From Mizuhopecten yessoensis (lineage: Eukaryota): DNA of 64,000 nt. The stretch covers positions 776,458 to 840,457 of the forward strand of contig NW_018408770.1 in the NCBI RefSeq assembly GCF_002113885.1, read 5' to 3'. Below are positions 40,677 to 54,095 of this stretch, piece by piece. How positions within the stretch are numbered: position 1 is the stretch's first letter; each line of letters opens with the position of its first letter. The notes beneath the pieces are model-generated. The model was given only the letters and a program-made list of their open reading frames with translations. It ran no database searches and had not been told where the DNA came from. Position numbers and translations under genes: made by a program.

Positions 40677-41010
40677 TTTTTAGCTCACCTGGCACGAAGT
40701 GCCAAGTGAGCTTATGCCGTGGTGCGGCGTCCGTCCGGCGTCCGGCGTCAATATTTTACTTTAAACGACTTCTTCTTAATAACCGAAAGGCCTAGGGTGA
40801 TGATATTTGGCCAGAAGCAAACTGGGATGAAGGGCTACCAAGTTTGTTCAAATAAATGACCTTCATCTATTTTCAAGGTCACAGGGGTCAAATATGTTAA
40901 AAACTTTAAACAACTTCTTCTGAATAACCAAAATGCCCTGGGTAATGATATTTAGTCAGTAGCATACTAGGATCAAGGGCTACCAAGTTTGTTTAAATGT
41001 ATGATCTTGA
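40677..41010 (+). mobile_element. 3'-truncated HINE-like element
   Basis: TTTTAGCTCACCTGGCACGAAGTGCCAAGTGAGCTTATGCCGTGG followed by GCGTCCG repeats and ~2 internal units; same 5' end as 48942. Confidence 0.78.
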
Positions 41011-41377
41011 GTCTTATATTCTCTTACCGCAAATGTATTTTAACATCTCCTTCAATGTACTGCCAAACCCCTTTATAGGGACAAAATATCGCTGGAAATA
41101 TGGTGGCAGTATTACATATTTTACTGTAGATGTACATGGTATGAACAAAGAATTGAAATCAAGATTTCTCGGTTCTTAAAAGGAATTTCAATATCAATGG
41201 TGTTTTGAAGTTAGCTATGAATTACTGTACCAGGTGTATTACATGTTTACCTTTCTGATGGTCTTGTTTTTTCAAAATATCTTAAAATCTACAGTATTTC
41301 ATTAACATACATTTTCCAAGCAAATAGGTGGTTAAAAAGGTACCTGTATTTGAAGGCTTTAGTGAAATCTAAGGTAA

Positions 41378-41700
41378 ATGTAATATGTATACCCGGTATA
41401 AAATATCTATACCCGGTATGTAATATGTATACCCGGTATATAATATGTATACCAGGTATGTAATATGTATACCCGGTATGTAATATGTAAATCCAATATG
41501 TAATATGTATACCCGGTATGTAATATGTATACTTGGTATGAAATATGTATACCCAGTATGTAATATGTATAACCCGGTATGTAATATGTATACCCGGTAT
41601 GTAATATGTATACCCGGTATGTAATATGTATACACGGTATGTAATATGGATACCCGGTATGTAATATGGATACCCGGTATGTCATATGTATACCCAGTAT
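41378..41700. repeat. 20-bp minisatellite, ~16 copies
   Basis: TAATATGTATACCCGGTATG repeated. Confidence 0.95.
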
Positions 41701-42166
41701 GCACACGTAGGTTGCATTTCACTAGAAGTGAAGAAAAACATCCAATAGTTACTTCATTACTAAATACATCCATAGAAAGATTTGTTTAGTGAAGACATCC
41801 TGTAGAAAGACTGTATATTGCACAGACACAAGTTTAACCCCTGCCTTACATCACAGTAAATTCCCCTGCTGCAGTTGAGTGTGACTGGTCGTCCTACAAG
41901 TGTCGGTACTGGTACAGGTAAACATTGGTCTGGTGGCGGTTTGGTAGAGGGGGTGCCAGGAAACGAACATCATCACTCCAAGGTGGTTTATATTTGTAGA
42001 CTTTGCCAAGAAATTTCACTTGCAAGTAGAGCTGGGAGTCTTACAAGGCGTAAAGCTGATGTAATTATTCAGGTGTAAAACACTGGTACTAGGCAAGGTA
42101 GAAGTTCAACCTGTAGGTAAAAATTATCAATTTATCATATTTTTCATGGGAATAAGACAATAAAAC

Positions 42167-42310
42167 TCGCCCTCCACCACTGGGTCGCGGGTTCGAGGCC
42201 TACGTGGAGCAGCCACCAGGTACTTTCCTCCTCCACCAAACCTGGCACGTCCTTAAATGACCATAGCTGTTAATAGGACGTAAAACACACACAAACCAAA
42301 CCAAACCAAA
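42167..42310 (+). mobile_element. tRNA-derived SINE fragment with internal deletion
   Basis: B-box-like GGGTTCGAGGCC, tail CCTGGCACGTCCTTAAATGACCATAGCTGTTAATAGGACGTAAAAC plus (CAAAC)n; same family as 53960-54095. Confidence 0.78.
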
Positions 42311-44349
42311 AATAAAACTTGACACATCATGAATGCAGATGTTGTTTGTAAGAAGTGTATTTTTCATCAATTTCTGTAAGTTATTAATTACTTTATTATA
42401 ATGCATTTGTATAGTAACCTTTCAAAGCCCAAGAGAATTACTCTAAGATCCTAAGGCGTAATAAAAGTACATATTAAGAACAATTGGGAGAGTTATTGCA
42501 GCCTTATTTACCCCAGGAGGTACTTTTTGGTTCCCATTATGTGTGATGGTGTGCATGGTGTTTGTGTAGGTGTTCTTCTTGTTGTGGGTCTGTACATCAG
42601 TGGCTCATATATAGAGCCACATCACTGGATAAAACTTTATTGTACTCCGTACCAGGTAAGTTGATTTGAGCAGAAGGGTGAAGACCGCTTTGCTGACAGA
42701 CACAACCAGTACATCCACGGTCTGTGAGATCTGAACTTACAAACTTGTGTTCAATAAGGCTGGGTTTTATCAACTGTGCTATGTGACAGCTTGTATTTGA
42801 CTAAATAGATTTCCAAAGAATTTGGTCATTCTGTAGATCATCCCACATATGTTTATTTACTGTTAATTAATACTCCTGTCGCAAATCTTGAATTCAATAA
42901 ATTGACCACTGTAGCCTCAATTTGAAACAGATACTGATGTCAGAATGTCAATTGCTATCATTAGTTGAGTCAATCATAGGGCTGTTTAAGCTGACATTAG
43001 TAAATACTGTTTATTGTTGGTATTTTATCTAAAGTACCCATTTTTTCAAACACGCATCATAAACTTACATTTTGTGTAATAAGTCCAAAGTCCGAAAACA
43101 TTTCTGTAATAGTAATTTAGTAACCATCAGAAGTTTTGATGATTGCCATAATTGTGTGTCACATATAACCTAATAAACAGTCACTTCCTGATAACAGCCT
43201 GTGATTTAATGCCTGCATATCGTTGTACAGATTAAATATAGCGATTGTTGTCTAATCTGTCATTTATCAGCATCAAATCATCACTGCACAAGGAATTTAA
43301 TGGATTATAATTGGTGTGCTTTATAAGTGTATTACTATGATCTATTAACCCCAATGAGAAGGTGCGTGAGAGGATAAGAGAAATTGGAAGGTTTTGAACC
43401 TTAGTGTGCTGGTAGACCAGGGTTGGAATCCTGGCATGGGGTGGGGTAGAGTTGAGATGAGCGGGGGGTNNGGGGGGGGGACACTTTGTATCATACCTTT
43501 AACCAGGGCCTTAGAATGCAAAGATATTTTTTTTCTTGCATGAAATATCACTTTTCAATACATTGTTGAATTGTTGAATATGACCTGTTTGTATGTGAAA
43601 GAAAGATCAGTGAGAAAAGTACATATGTAAATTGGCAGTCACCTTGTGATTGGGAAGTTATTTATCTAGCTACAGAAGTATACACAGGTGGTATAACGGT
43701 TTGCCTGTGTTTTCCATAAGGGAGATTTTATCTACAGCTTCCATATTTCCTTGCGGTTGTTATCAAGACAAATTCAGTTTTTGTTGTTGAAAATCTCTTT
43801 AGCCTGGTACTATTTTATCTTCATACTCCAGTTGTTTCTATAAAGTTGTCTCTGAGTGTAGAAAGTCAGAGGTCAAAATGAAGTTAGTTAATATTTTCTA
43901 GTTTTGTGTAAGGTAATGATGAATTTATAAAGATGAGATATTGTTATTGGTAAAAAAATGACACAAAATGTGGACACAGCTTCATATGACCTTGGTTTTT
44001 GTGAAGACGCAAAAGCCTGAACAAACAAAAAATGTGAGTTATCTGGTTAACTACGGTAACTATTTTAACTGGTTAACTACAGTAATTATGTTTCCGGTTA
44101 ACAAAATAAACTTTGTATTATTGACTTTGGTTAATACGTGTTGTCTGTTAAGTGACAGTAACTATTTTATATGGTTAACTGCGGTAACTATGTTATCTGG
44201 TTAACTACGGTAGCTATTTTATCTGGTTATCAGAATGAAATGTCTCTTTAACCACATATCTAGTCAACATGTACTTGTTTCCAAATCATCAGAATGAAAT
44301 GTCTATTAAACCACATATCTAGTCAATATGTTATGGTATTTATGTATTG

Positions 44350-46760
44350 TCTGGTTAACTACTGTAACTATGTGTGATCTGGTTAACTATAGTAACTGTG
44401 TGTTATCTTGTTAACTATGGTAATGTTGTGTTATCTGATTAACTGCAGTAATTGTTTGTTTTCTGGTTAACTACTGTAACTATGTGTTATCTGGTTGACT
44501 ATAGTAGCTGTGTGTTATCTTGTTAGCTATGGTAATGTTGTGTTATCTGATTAACTACAGTAATTATTTGTTTTCTGGTTAACTACTGTAACTATGTGTT
44601 ATCTGGTTGACTGTAGTAACTGTGTTATCTTGTTAACTATGGTAACTGTGTGTTATCTGATTAACTACAGTAACTATGTGTTATCTGGTTAACTTCTGTA
44701 ACTATGTTATCTGGTTGACTATAGTAACTGTGTTATCTTTTTAACTATGGTAATGTTGTGTTATCTGATTAACTACAGTAATTATTTGTATTCTGGTTAA
44801 CTACTGTAACTATGTGTTATCTGGTTGACTGTAGTACTGTGTTATCTTGTTAACTATGGTAACTGTGTGTTATCTGATTAACTACAGTAACTATGTGTCA
44901 TCTGGTTAACTACTGTAACTATGTTATCTGGTTGACTATAGTAACTGTGTTATCTTTTTAACTATGGTAATGTTGTGTTATCTGATTAACTACAGTAATT
45001 GTTTGTTTTCTGGTTAACTACTGTAACTATGTGTTATCTGCTTAACTATATGTTATCTGGTTGACTATAGTAACTGTGTGTTATCTTGTTAACTATGGTA
45101 ATGCTGTGTTATCTGATTAGCTGCAGTAATTGTTTGTTTTCTGGTTAACTACTGTAACTATGTGTTTTCTGGTTGACTATAGTAACCGTGTTATCTTGTT
45201 AACTATGGTAATGCTGTGTTATCTGATTAGCTGCAGTAATTGTTTGCTTTCTGACTATAGTAACTGTGATATCTTGTTAACTATGGGAATGTTGTGTTAT
45301 CTGATTAGCTGCCGTAATTGTTTGTTTTCTGGTTAACTACTGTAACTATGTGTTATCTGGTTAACTACTGTAACTAAGTGTTATCTGGTTGACTATAGTA
45401 ACTGTGTTATTTTGTTAACTATGGTAATGTTGTGTTATCTGATTAACTACAGTAATTGTTTGTTTTCTGGTTAACTACTGTTACTTTGTGTTATCTGGTT
45501 GACTAGTAAGTGTGTGTTATCTTGTTAACTATGGTAATGTTGAGTTATCTGATTAACTACAGTAATTGTTTGTTTTCTGGTTAACTACTGTGACTATGTG
45601 TTATCTGGTTAACTACTGTAATTATGTGTTATCTGATTGACTATAGTAACTGTGTTATCTTGTTAACTATGGTAATGTTGTGTTATCTGATTAACTACTG
45701 TAATTGTTTGCTTTCTGACTATAGTAACTGTGTTATTTTGTTAACTATGGTAATGTTGTGTTATCTGATTAAATACAGTAATTGTTTGTTTTCTGGTTAA
45801 CTACTGTAACTATGTGTTATCTGGTTGACTATAGTAGCTGTGTGTTATCTTGTTAGCTATGGTAATGTTGTGTTATCTGATTAACTACTGTAATTGTTTG
45901 CTTTCTGGTTAACTACTGCGACTATGTGTTATCTGGTTGACTATAGTAACTGTGCTATCTTGTTAACTATGGTAATGTTGTGTTATCTGATTAACTGCAG
46001 TAATTATTTGTTTTCTGGTTAACTACTGTAACTATGTGTTATCTGGTTGACTATAGTAACTGTAACTATGTGTTATCTGGTTGACTATAGTAACTGTGAT
46101 ATCTTGTTAACTATGGTAATGTTGTGTTATCTGATTAACTACAGTAATTATTTGTTTTCTGGTTAACTACTGTAACTATGTGTTATCTGGTTAACTACTG
46201 TGACTAAGTGTTATCTGGTTGACTATAGTAACTGTGTTATCTTGTTAACTATGGTAATGTTGTGTTATCTGATTAACTACTGTAATTGTTTGCTTTCTGG
46301 TTAACTACTGCAACTATGTGTTATCTGGTTGACTATAGTAACTGTGTTATCTTTTTACCTATGGTAATGTTGTGTTATCTGATTAACTACAGTAATTGTT
46401 TGTTTTCTGGTTAACTACTGTAACTATGTGTTATCTGCTTAACTATAGTAACTGTGTGTTATCTTGTTAACTATGGTAATGTTATGTTATCTGATTAACT
46501 ACAGTAATTGTTTGTTTTCTGGTTAACTACTGTTAATTTGTGTTATCTGGTTGACTAGTAAGTGTGTGTTATCTTGTTAACTATGGTAATGTTGTGTTAT
46601 CTGATTAACTACAGTAATTGTTTGTTTTCTGGTTAACTACTGTAACTATGTGTTATCTGGTTAACTATAGTAACTGTGTGTTATCTTGTTAACTATGGTA
46701 ATGTTGTGTTATCTGATTAACTACAGTAATTGTTTGTTGTCTGATTAACTAGGCTAACTT
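44350..46760. repeat. Satellite-like array: ~28-bp monomers organised as a ~110-bp four-monomer higher-order repeat
   Basis: Cyclic variants TTTTCTGGTTAACTACTGTAACTATGTG / TTATCTGGTTGACTATAGTAACTGTG / TTATCTTGTTAACTATGGTAATGTTGTG / TTATCTGATTAACTACAGTAATTGTTTG; degenerate monomers extend to ~44035 and ~46860. Confidence 0.95.
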
Positions 46761-48941
46761 TTTATAATTTGGTTAGCTATGGTAACTATTTTATCTGTTT
46801 AACTCCAGTAACTTTGTGTTGTCTCGTTTACTAAAGTAACTTTGTGTTATCTGATTTAGGTCAATCAGATAGACATCTGTGTCCTCATCATTGGCTTTTT
46901 CTCCTCAGGTCCTTTCCGATCCATAAATCTTCTGGAATATTCTGTTCCTAATAAACTACTTACAGCATTCTGAAGATGTATAGTATTCACAAGACTGTGA
47001 CATATATTACTGCGTGATAGAATTTTATGTTTTATAATAAATTTGATGTAGACTAAAGGGTGTTTTTTGTTATTGATTCAGGAGAAGGAAGATGAATCTT
47101 TTCTTGGTTGGTTGAATATCTAGATCTGCTTCCTGACAGCCTTTTGAGTTGAGATGTTATCTTACATACCACAGCATAGGACCAACACTGCAAGTTTCTG
47201 TAGTCTGTTCTTTGCCTATAGCTCTAGTTTTGTCTGGTTTGGGTGAATGACATTTGACATATTGTGCTAAGGATGGAATAGTTTGCTATTAATTTTGCAG
47301 GATGTTTTATTTGTAAGAAAAAAATGCCATAGAGAAAATTGTGAAAATTAGAACCTCACAAAAAAGTAACTTTTACAGTAACCCCTTGAAATCTGTGTTC
47401 TTTGAAGTGATAAACCAATTATCTTCCCTTTGCAGAAAGGGTACAGGAGTAAAACCACCAAAATTAGCACAAAGGCACAATACATCTACTGTTTGTATAT
47501 TATATATACATGTGTTTGTATGAAGTATATATATGAAGTATTTTGATGATATATTTTAATGTGCAAAACAGCGGCAGCCTCTATTATTTGACATTGTATA
47601 AAACATATTAGCAAATTATGTCTGCCCTGCTCATCCTGTGTGTACTCCTGTTAAGGGTTGGGTCCCAACCCTCAAAAGCATGTGCAAAACACTTGTGTGC
47701 TCATGACAAGAAGATGAACAACTGCCGCGTGAAATGCGGGAATATTTGAATCATTTGAGTGAACATAGTGATGCTAATTATCTTAAATGAAGAGTATGGT
47801 GTCTTTAAAAGTCTATTGGAGCTCTGAAGCATTTTCGCACCAATATATATTGCTGAGAAATTAACCTTAATCAATGGAAAGGCATAGTAATGTGTGTGGG
47901 GACAGCAAACTTCATTATTCTGTAACTTTAATAGCAATAACTGGTAAAAGTTTCAGGGTAATTGGTGGTTTGGTGGATAGCATTGCATTCCGTGGTGTGG
48001 CATATTTATTTTCACACCATAAATCCTGTTCGCTCAGCAATCAGTGACTGCTGTTTTAATTACAATGATGCTTCATTTATTTAAGTTTCGTTTCGTGTCG
48101 AAGGTCACCATCTATTGTTTCCATTTCAGTTGTTCTTGAATTTCCATTTCAAGGTTATTCGTTTTTGCGGAAGAACGAATAGCAAAAAATGTACTTTAAC
48201 ATGTTCGAAGACTGCAAATACATTTACAAAAGTTTTCCTAAGAGCTTTTATTGTGCATGCAATCCCTTGGTACTGTCACGAAATTTCCATATCATAATTT
48301 GATTTCTAACAGTTCCCATTACAGAAAATGCTTGATAAATGTATTTTTATTCTATACATTATGAAAGGGAAAAATGGTTCATATAAATGAAATGGCACTC
48401 CGTCCGGAAACATTGATTTCCTGGGAGTACCACCAATTACGGCCAGCTCTGGGAGATAACCTAATACTGGTGATCGTACTGGGTTAGGTGGAGGGACATT
48501 GATTCAATCTGCCCAGAACCACAGATGTGTATGTAGGTTGGGAATGGAGATTGGGGACGACCAACTTCTGACTTGTGGTGATGAAATATATTTAAGTTAC
48601 ATTCTGGTAGCCTGTTGTCCTTACATCCCTGAAAGGTCCTGTGGGACAATCACAGAGTTGGCCTGCGATCATTTAAAACGATTTTTGGAAAGATTTGCTG
48701 CCTGTATCTAAACTTGACTATTGATTTGTTTGGATACTGCGTTCGTCCGGCGTAAGCTTTTATTTGTCCGGCAATCTCCTCCTACATTTTTCGACCAATC
48801 TCTTTGAAACTTGGTATACATTATAATCATAATATGAAGTTGTGTTTCCCTTAAAAGAATTTTGATTCAACAATTTTTACAAAAGTTATTGCCCTTTGTT
48901 CATTTCAGTATTTGATTTTTGTCCGGCAATCTCCTCCTACG

Positions 48942-50175
48942 TTATTAGCTCACCTGGCACGAAGTGCCAAGTGAGCTTATGCCGTGGCGTGGCGTCCGTC
49001 GTCCGTCCGTCCGTCCTCGTCCGTCAACTTTTCCTTTAAACAACTTCTTCTGAAGAACGGACAGGCCTAGAGTCATGATATTTGGCTGAAAGGTTCGTTG
49101 GTAGGAGCCCTACAAAGTTTGAGAACGAAAATAACCTTGACCTGTTTTCAAGGTCACAGGGGTCAAATATGTCAAAAACTTTAAACGACTTCTTCTGAAG
49201 AACTGAAAGGTATAGAATCTTCATATTTGGCTGATGGCTTTCTGGGATGGAGCCCAACAAAGTTTGAGAATGAAAATTACCTTGACCTGTTTTCAAGGTC
49301 ACAGGGGTCAAATATGTCAAAAACTTAAAACAACCTCTTCTGAAGAACGGACAGGCCTAGAGTCATGATATTTGGCTGAAAGCTTCATTGGTAGGACCCC
49401 AACAAAGTTTGAGAACAAAAATGACCTTGACCTGTTTTCAAGGTCACAGGGGTCAAATATGTCAAAAACTTCAAACGACTTCTTCTAAAGAACTAAAAGG
49501 TAAAGAAACTCTATATTTGGCTNNNNNNNNNNNNNNNNNNNNNNNNNNNNNNNNNNNNNNNNNNNNNNNNNNNNNNNNNNNNNNNNNNNNNNNNNNNNNN
49601 NNNNNNNNNNNNNNNNNNNNNNNNNNNNNNNNNNNNNNNNNNNNNNNNNNNNNNNNNNNNNNNNNNNNNNNNNNNNNNNNNNNNNNNNNNNNNNNNNNNN
49701 NNNNNNNNNNNNNNNNNNNNNNNNNNNNNNNNNNNNNNNNNNNNNNNNNNNNNNNNNNNNNNNNNNNNNNNNNNNNNNNNNNNNNNNNNNNNNNNNNNNN
49801 NNNNNNNNNNNNNNNNNNNNNNNNNNNNNNNNNNNNNNNNNNNNNNNNNNNNNNNNNNNNNNNNNNNNNNNNNNNNNNNNNNNNNNNNNNNNNNNNNNNN
49901 NNNNNNNTTTTTGGAATAGAGCTAACCAATTTGAGAAGGAAAATGACATTGACCTACTTACAAGATCACAGGGAAAAATATGTCGAGCAACTTCTGAAGA
50001 AGAATCAAAAAGCATAGAATCTTATAATAATATTTTGCTGGTAGTTTCAACAGATGGAGCCAACAAAGTTTGCGAGGGAAATATTTATAGTGCAATATAA
50101 TATTTAATGAGAATATTTTGCTATGACTGCTTAGATATTCAGGTGAGCGATACAGGCCCTCTTGGGCCTCTTGTT
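48942..50175 (+). mobile_element. Nested HINE-like element with 145-bp internal repeats
   Basis: 5' TTATTAGCTCACCTGGCACGAAGTGCCAAGTGAGCT, (CGTC)n, units at 49038, 49183, 49328, 49473; 3' CAGGTGAGCGATACAGGCCCTCTTGGGCCTCTTGTT. Confidence 0.85.
49523..49907. other. Assembly gap (N run)
   Basis: Run of N inside the internal tandem array of the nested element. Confidence 0.99.
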
Positions 50176-52360
50176 ATAGCATGTCAGCTAACCACTCTTT
50201 GAATGATGCAGATCTTATTTCAATGTAAGAAAGTATATAACACTACATGGCATTTGACGGGCGTATATTGTTCCGCCCCGTGGTACTCTTGTTACATGAT
50301 ATGGTTGAATAAATACCAGTAATGCCAAGATATTTGAATTCATTATTGACCCATATAGAATCAACAGGAAAATAGCAGTTGAGTGATTAAAGCTGTATTC
50401 TTATGTGTGGCGGTGCTATCTAATCAGTTCCCTAACAGTGTCTGTTTATCCCAAATTCTTGTTTGGGTAATAAATTGTAAACGGTTCATATTGTTTTAAT
50501 TGGCATTGCCCTTGTCCATTCATACATGCATTATATTTTTGATTCATCGATCTATCAAGCTCACTCACCATTTTATTGCAACAAAACTTTATGCAAATAT
50601 TTGGTACACAAATCCCACCAATGAATCTATAGTTCAAGTTTGTGGATCTAATGTCAAGGCCACAGTTACTATAAATAGAAATGTTTTGCCATTGATTTGA
50701 ATAAAACTTTATGAGAAAGTATTTAAAGCAAATTTATGATTAATGATCCTGGACCTTATGTTGATGAGAAGAAGACATGCCGCTGCAGAGGACATTTTTG
50801 TCTTACAGTTACTTTCTTGTATGTAGCATCATAGAAGCATGTACCACAACTAGATTACATGTCACATACAGGTTTTGTGGTTGACTTCCAATGTCAAGGT
50901 CATTGTAACGGGTCAAATGTTGAATCATTGTATTGTTTGCTTGCCTGCACCAAATCTTCTGAATGGCTCAACAGTCTGGGCTCAATATGTCTTTGAGAAG
51001 CTTTGTAAATGAATGTATGTAAATGACTGGATTATATGTCCTGTTAAAGAACACGGATCATAACACACAGATCTTATTCTTCCTGGTTGTATCCTTACAT
51101 GAGATATCATCTTGTTGGTTACTTTCTGTGGTATCATTTAATTTAACATCCTGAAACATATGAAACTTCCAATGTGTGTAAACTCTCGAAATGTTAGTGA
51201 TTACTGTATCCATATGTTTTATCATAACATAAGGAAGATGGTGTATAAACATGTCTCTCTGAGAACATGACACTTACAGACAGACACGATGCTTCATACA
51301 CTTCAGAGAAAAGACACAGCAGTCTCAATGTGTGAAAACCTTGTAAGTACATTAACCCTGTACACTGGGGTGGACACTGTATAGACGGAGTTCCGTAATA
51401 GATTTGAATGATGAAGTTTGTTCTGGGAATGAGAAAACCTACATGTATTTGGTTTAGTTGGTAAGGGTCAGATGGGCGGTGTTTGTTATACTTGTTTGGA
51501 ATTGTTTGTTCGGCCAATGGATACACCCAGTTTAACCCATCACTGTATTTGGTCAGTGTTGACCCGAAGCTGTGTCCAGTGTCCAGAGCCTATGTACTTA
51601 CCGAGACTGACCCTAGGTCTGTGTTTATTATGAGGATTAGCCTAGAAGTCAGTCTATTACATCAGTATAGAGATCTCTGATAGGGTCCAAAGTGGGCCCT
51701 TATTTCTTGTTGACTTACGATTTAACCTCTTTAAGCAATTCCAGCTGGATAATTCCCAGGTAAGCTTTATACTTTTATGGAGGTGAGGCGTTTGTTGACA
51801 AAATGCTCTGATACTCATCCCGTTGTTTAAATACTTATAAACATTTTTGTAACCTCAGGAGAAATGTTATCTGATAACAGGCTTATATCATAGAAGGTTT
51901 GTGAATAATGAAGTCTCATGTTAAATGAAGTAACTGGGGCCTACAGGTATATACTGAGGTAAGTTACAGGTAGGCGCTACAGGTGATGTACTGCTTGCTG
52001 GAGAGACTGGTGTAACTATAGGTAGCTAGGGGTGTCACACATACCAGGCATGCTTCCCAAAGTATACCAGTGATATTGGGCAGCCTGCCAGTCTGTGTGT
52101 GTAACTGTGGCTGGACACCAACCTCGAGCTCATCCTCACTATCTCTCTCGTCCTCGTCTTTCCTCACCTGGCCACACCTGTTTATTAGGACCACATACCT
52201 GTGCTGTGTTACCTGGGATTGTTATTGTTTTGAAGAAACCACTGCTCATGTAAGTTAACGTCTACTCTTTTGCTTGTTGACTTTGGCTATAACACATACC
52301 GTTACCTGTAATATACATACAGTAGAGGTTGGTAAAAGTTCCATAATAAGGGAGTTGACA

Positions 52361-52500
52361 TAATACAGCTGAGCCATTTAACACAATGGGGACACAAACT
52401 TGAGTTACAAATAACAGTCACATTTATGTCCCCGTATAATACAGCTGAGCCAAACACAATGGGGAAACAAACTTTAGTTACAAATAACAGTCACATTTAC
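52361..52500. repeat. ~76-bp tandem duplication
   Basis: TAATACAGCTGAGCCA...AACACAATGGGG...GTTACAAATAACAGTCACATTTA at 52361 and 52437. Confidence 0.85.
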
Positions 52501-53959
52501 GTCTCTACGGCTCTATTGGAGGAGACACAATCCATACTACTTTGCATTTAGCTCTGTAAATCTTCCCCCATAATACTAGAAGTCCAAGAGTCATTTAACT
52601 TCATATGTTTACACATACTTACAGCTATGACAGCAGTATATCAAAATCTAGATCACTATGAACTTCATTTCTGACTTCACTGACTTTGTTTAGTGTTTGT
52701 ATTTAGCTCCATTTCTCTGCCAAGATTTCGCAATTACTCCAGGTGTTTTCATCAAAGCAGCTTGAGCGATTACATGTTTTTTAAACATTTCCCGGTTAAT
52801 TATGAAATCTGGTGTTGAGGATTATCAAACTGCAGTTTTTGCTGGCTAATTTTACTTTACGCCAATGACACAATGGTTATACTTATAACTGAGACTGAAT
52901 CATCAAATTTGATATTTTGCTCTTTGATGTAAAGGTTGGTTTTCATTGCGGTCATTGGTCGCGCTTGGTCTTTGCATCTTTTTCATGATCCTTAAGTAAA
53001 TACACTTTGATATGACAGCTAGTCTTGAGAAGATGAGATCATATGTTAGAACTGTCAGTACATCAAATGTCAATTTTGTAAATATAAGTTTTGTAAACAT
53101 TTCCCCATCCTTTTCATCCTTTTCTCCTTGAAATGGAGGGTGAATTCAGAATGGGACAAAAAGCTTTAATCTATATATAAGCAGGGTAAAAATGGCAGTA
53201 ACTTTTCTTTGAAATTACCGGTTGATGTCCAGATGATGTATTTCTAATGGAGTTTGCTGGTCTGGCTAGACATTGTCAATACTGAAGTATATATAGTGAT
53301 AAGGATAACAGGTTGATGTCAAGGTGATGTATATCTAATGGAATTCCGGGTAGAGAAGAATCAACATCAGTGGCGGTAATTGTTTTTTGAGGTCCAGTTG
53401 ATGTCCAGTTGATGTATTTCCAAACGAGTTCACTGATCTGGCTAGACATTGTCAATACTGAGGTATAGTGATAAGGATAACAACTACAGGATCTCTGACA
53501 AAATAATCATTGTTTATATGTACTGGCATATCAAATACTTCTATGTACAGCAGTAGTTTTATTTTGGCACTTTTTGAATTTGAAATTTTGTGCTGTAGTA
53601 TGATTGTTCTAATTGCAGTTTCTGTATATAGTTTTATATTGCACATATTGCATGTTGGTGCACTTATATATCAAAACAAGAACCTGTTAAATTTGGATAA
53701 TGCGCTAACATTTTTGTGTGCAAAAAGTAAGCCTGTTTACAGTATATAATAAACAGTATTAATGAATATGCCAAGGCTATTTCAAACTTCCATTTTCAGT
53801 ACACACAATAATGATTATAATAAAATCTAATAAAATCTAAATTTAAATTTTCTATGTCATCTATGTATTTAGAGAGGAAGGTTTATAAGTGTGAAGGTCA
53901 GTAGATTTATAAGTTGATTTAAGTAGGAAGGTCAGAGGTCAAGGTTAATATCGCTATGA

Positions 53960-54095
53960 TTTGGTTTGTTTGTGTTTTACGTCCTATTAACAGCTATGGT
54001 CATTTAAGGACGTGCCAGGTTTTGGTGGTGGAGGAAAGCCGGAGTTTCCGGAGAAAAACCACCAACCTACGGTCAGTATCTGGTGACTGCCCCAC
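53960..54095 (-). mobile_element. 5'-truncated SINE with a Meta/V-domain-like core
   Basis: Minus strand reads GGTGGTTTTTCTCCGGAAACTCCGGCTTTCCTCCACC, then the same tail as 42167-42310; possible decayed TSD TATCGCTATGA (53949-53959) / TATTGCTGTGA (54096-54106). Confidence 0.78.

Larger units (their letters stand above)
48733..50293 (+). mobile_element. HINE-like element (second family), interrupted by a nested insertion
   Basis: 48733-48941 and 50176-50293 are collinear with the intact copy at 56662-57353 (TTGTCCGGCAATCTCCTCCTAC units; 3' end TTTGACGGGCGTAT...GTACTCTTGTT). Confidence 0.82.

Noticed and set aside
49388-50017. ORFs of 150-209 aa
   Set aside because: Artefacts of reading through the N gap.
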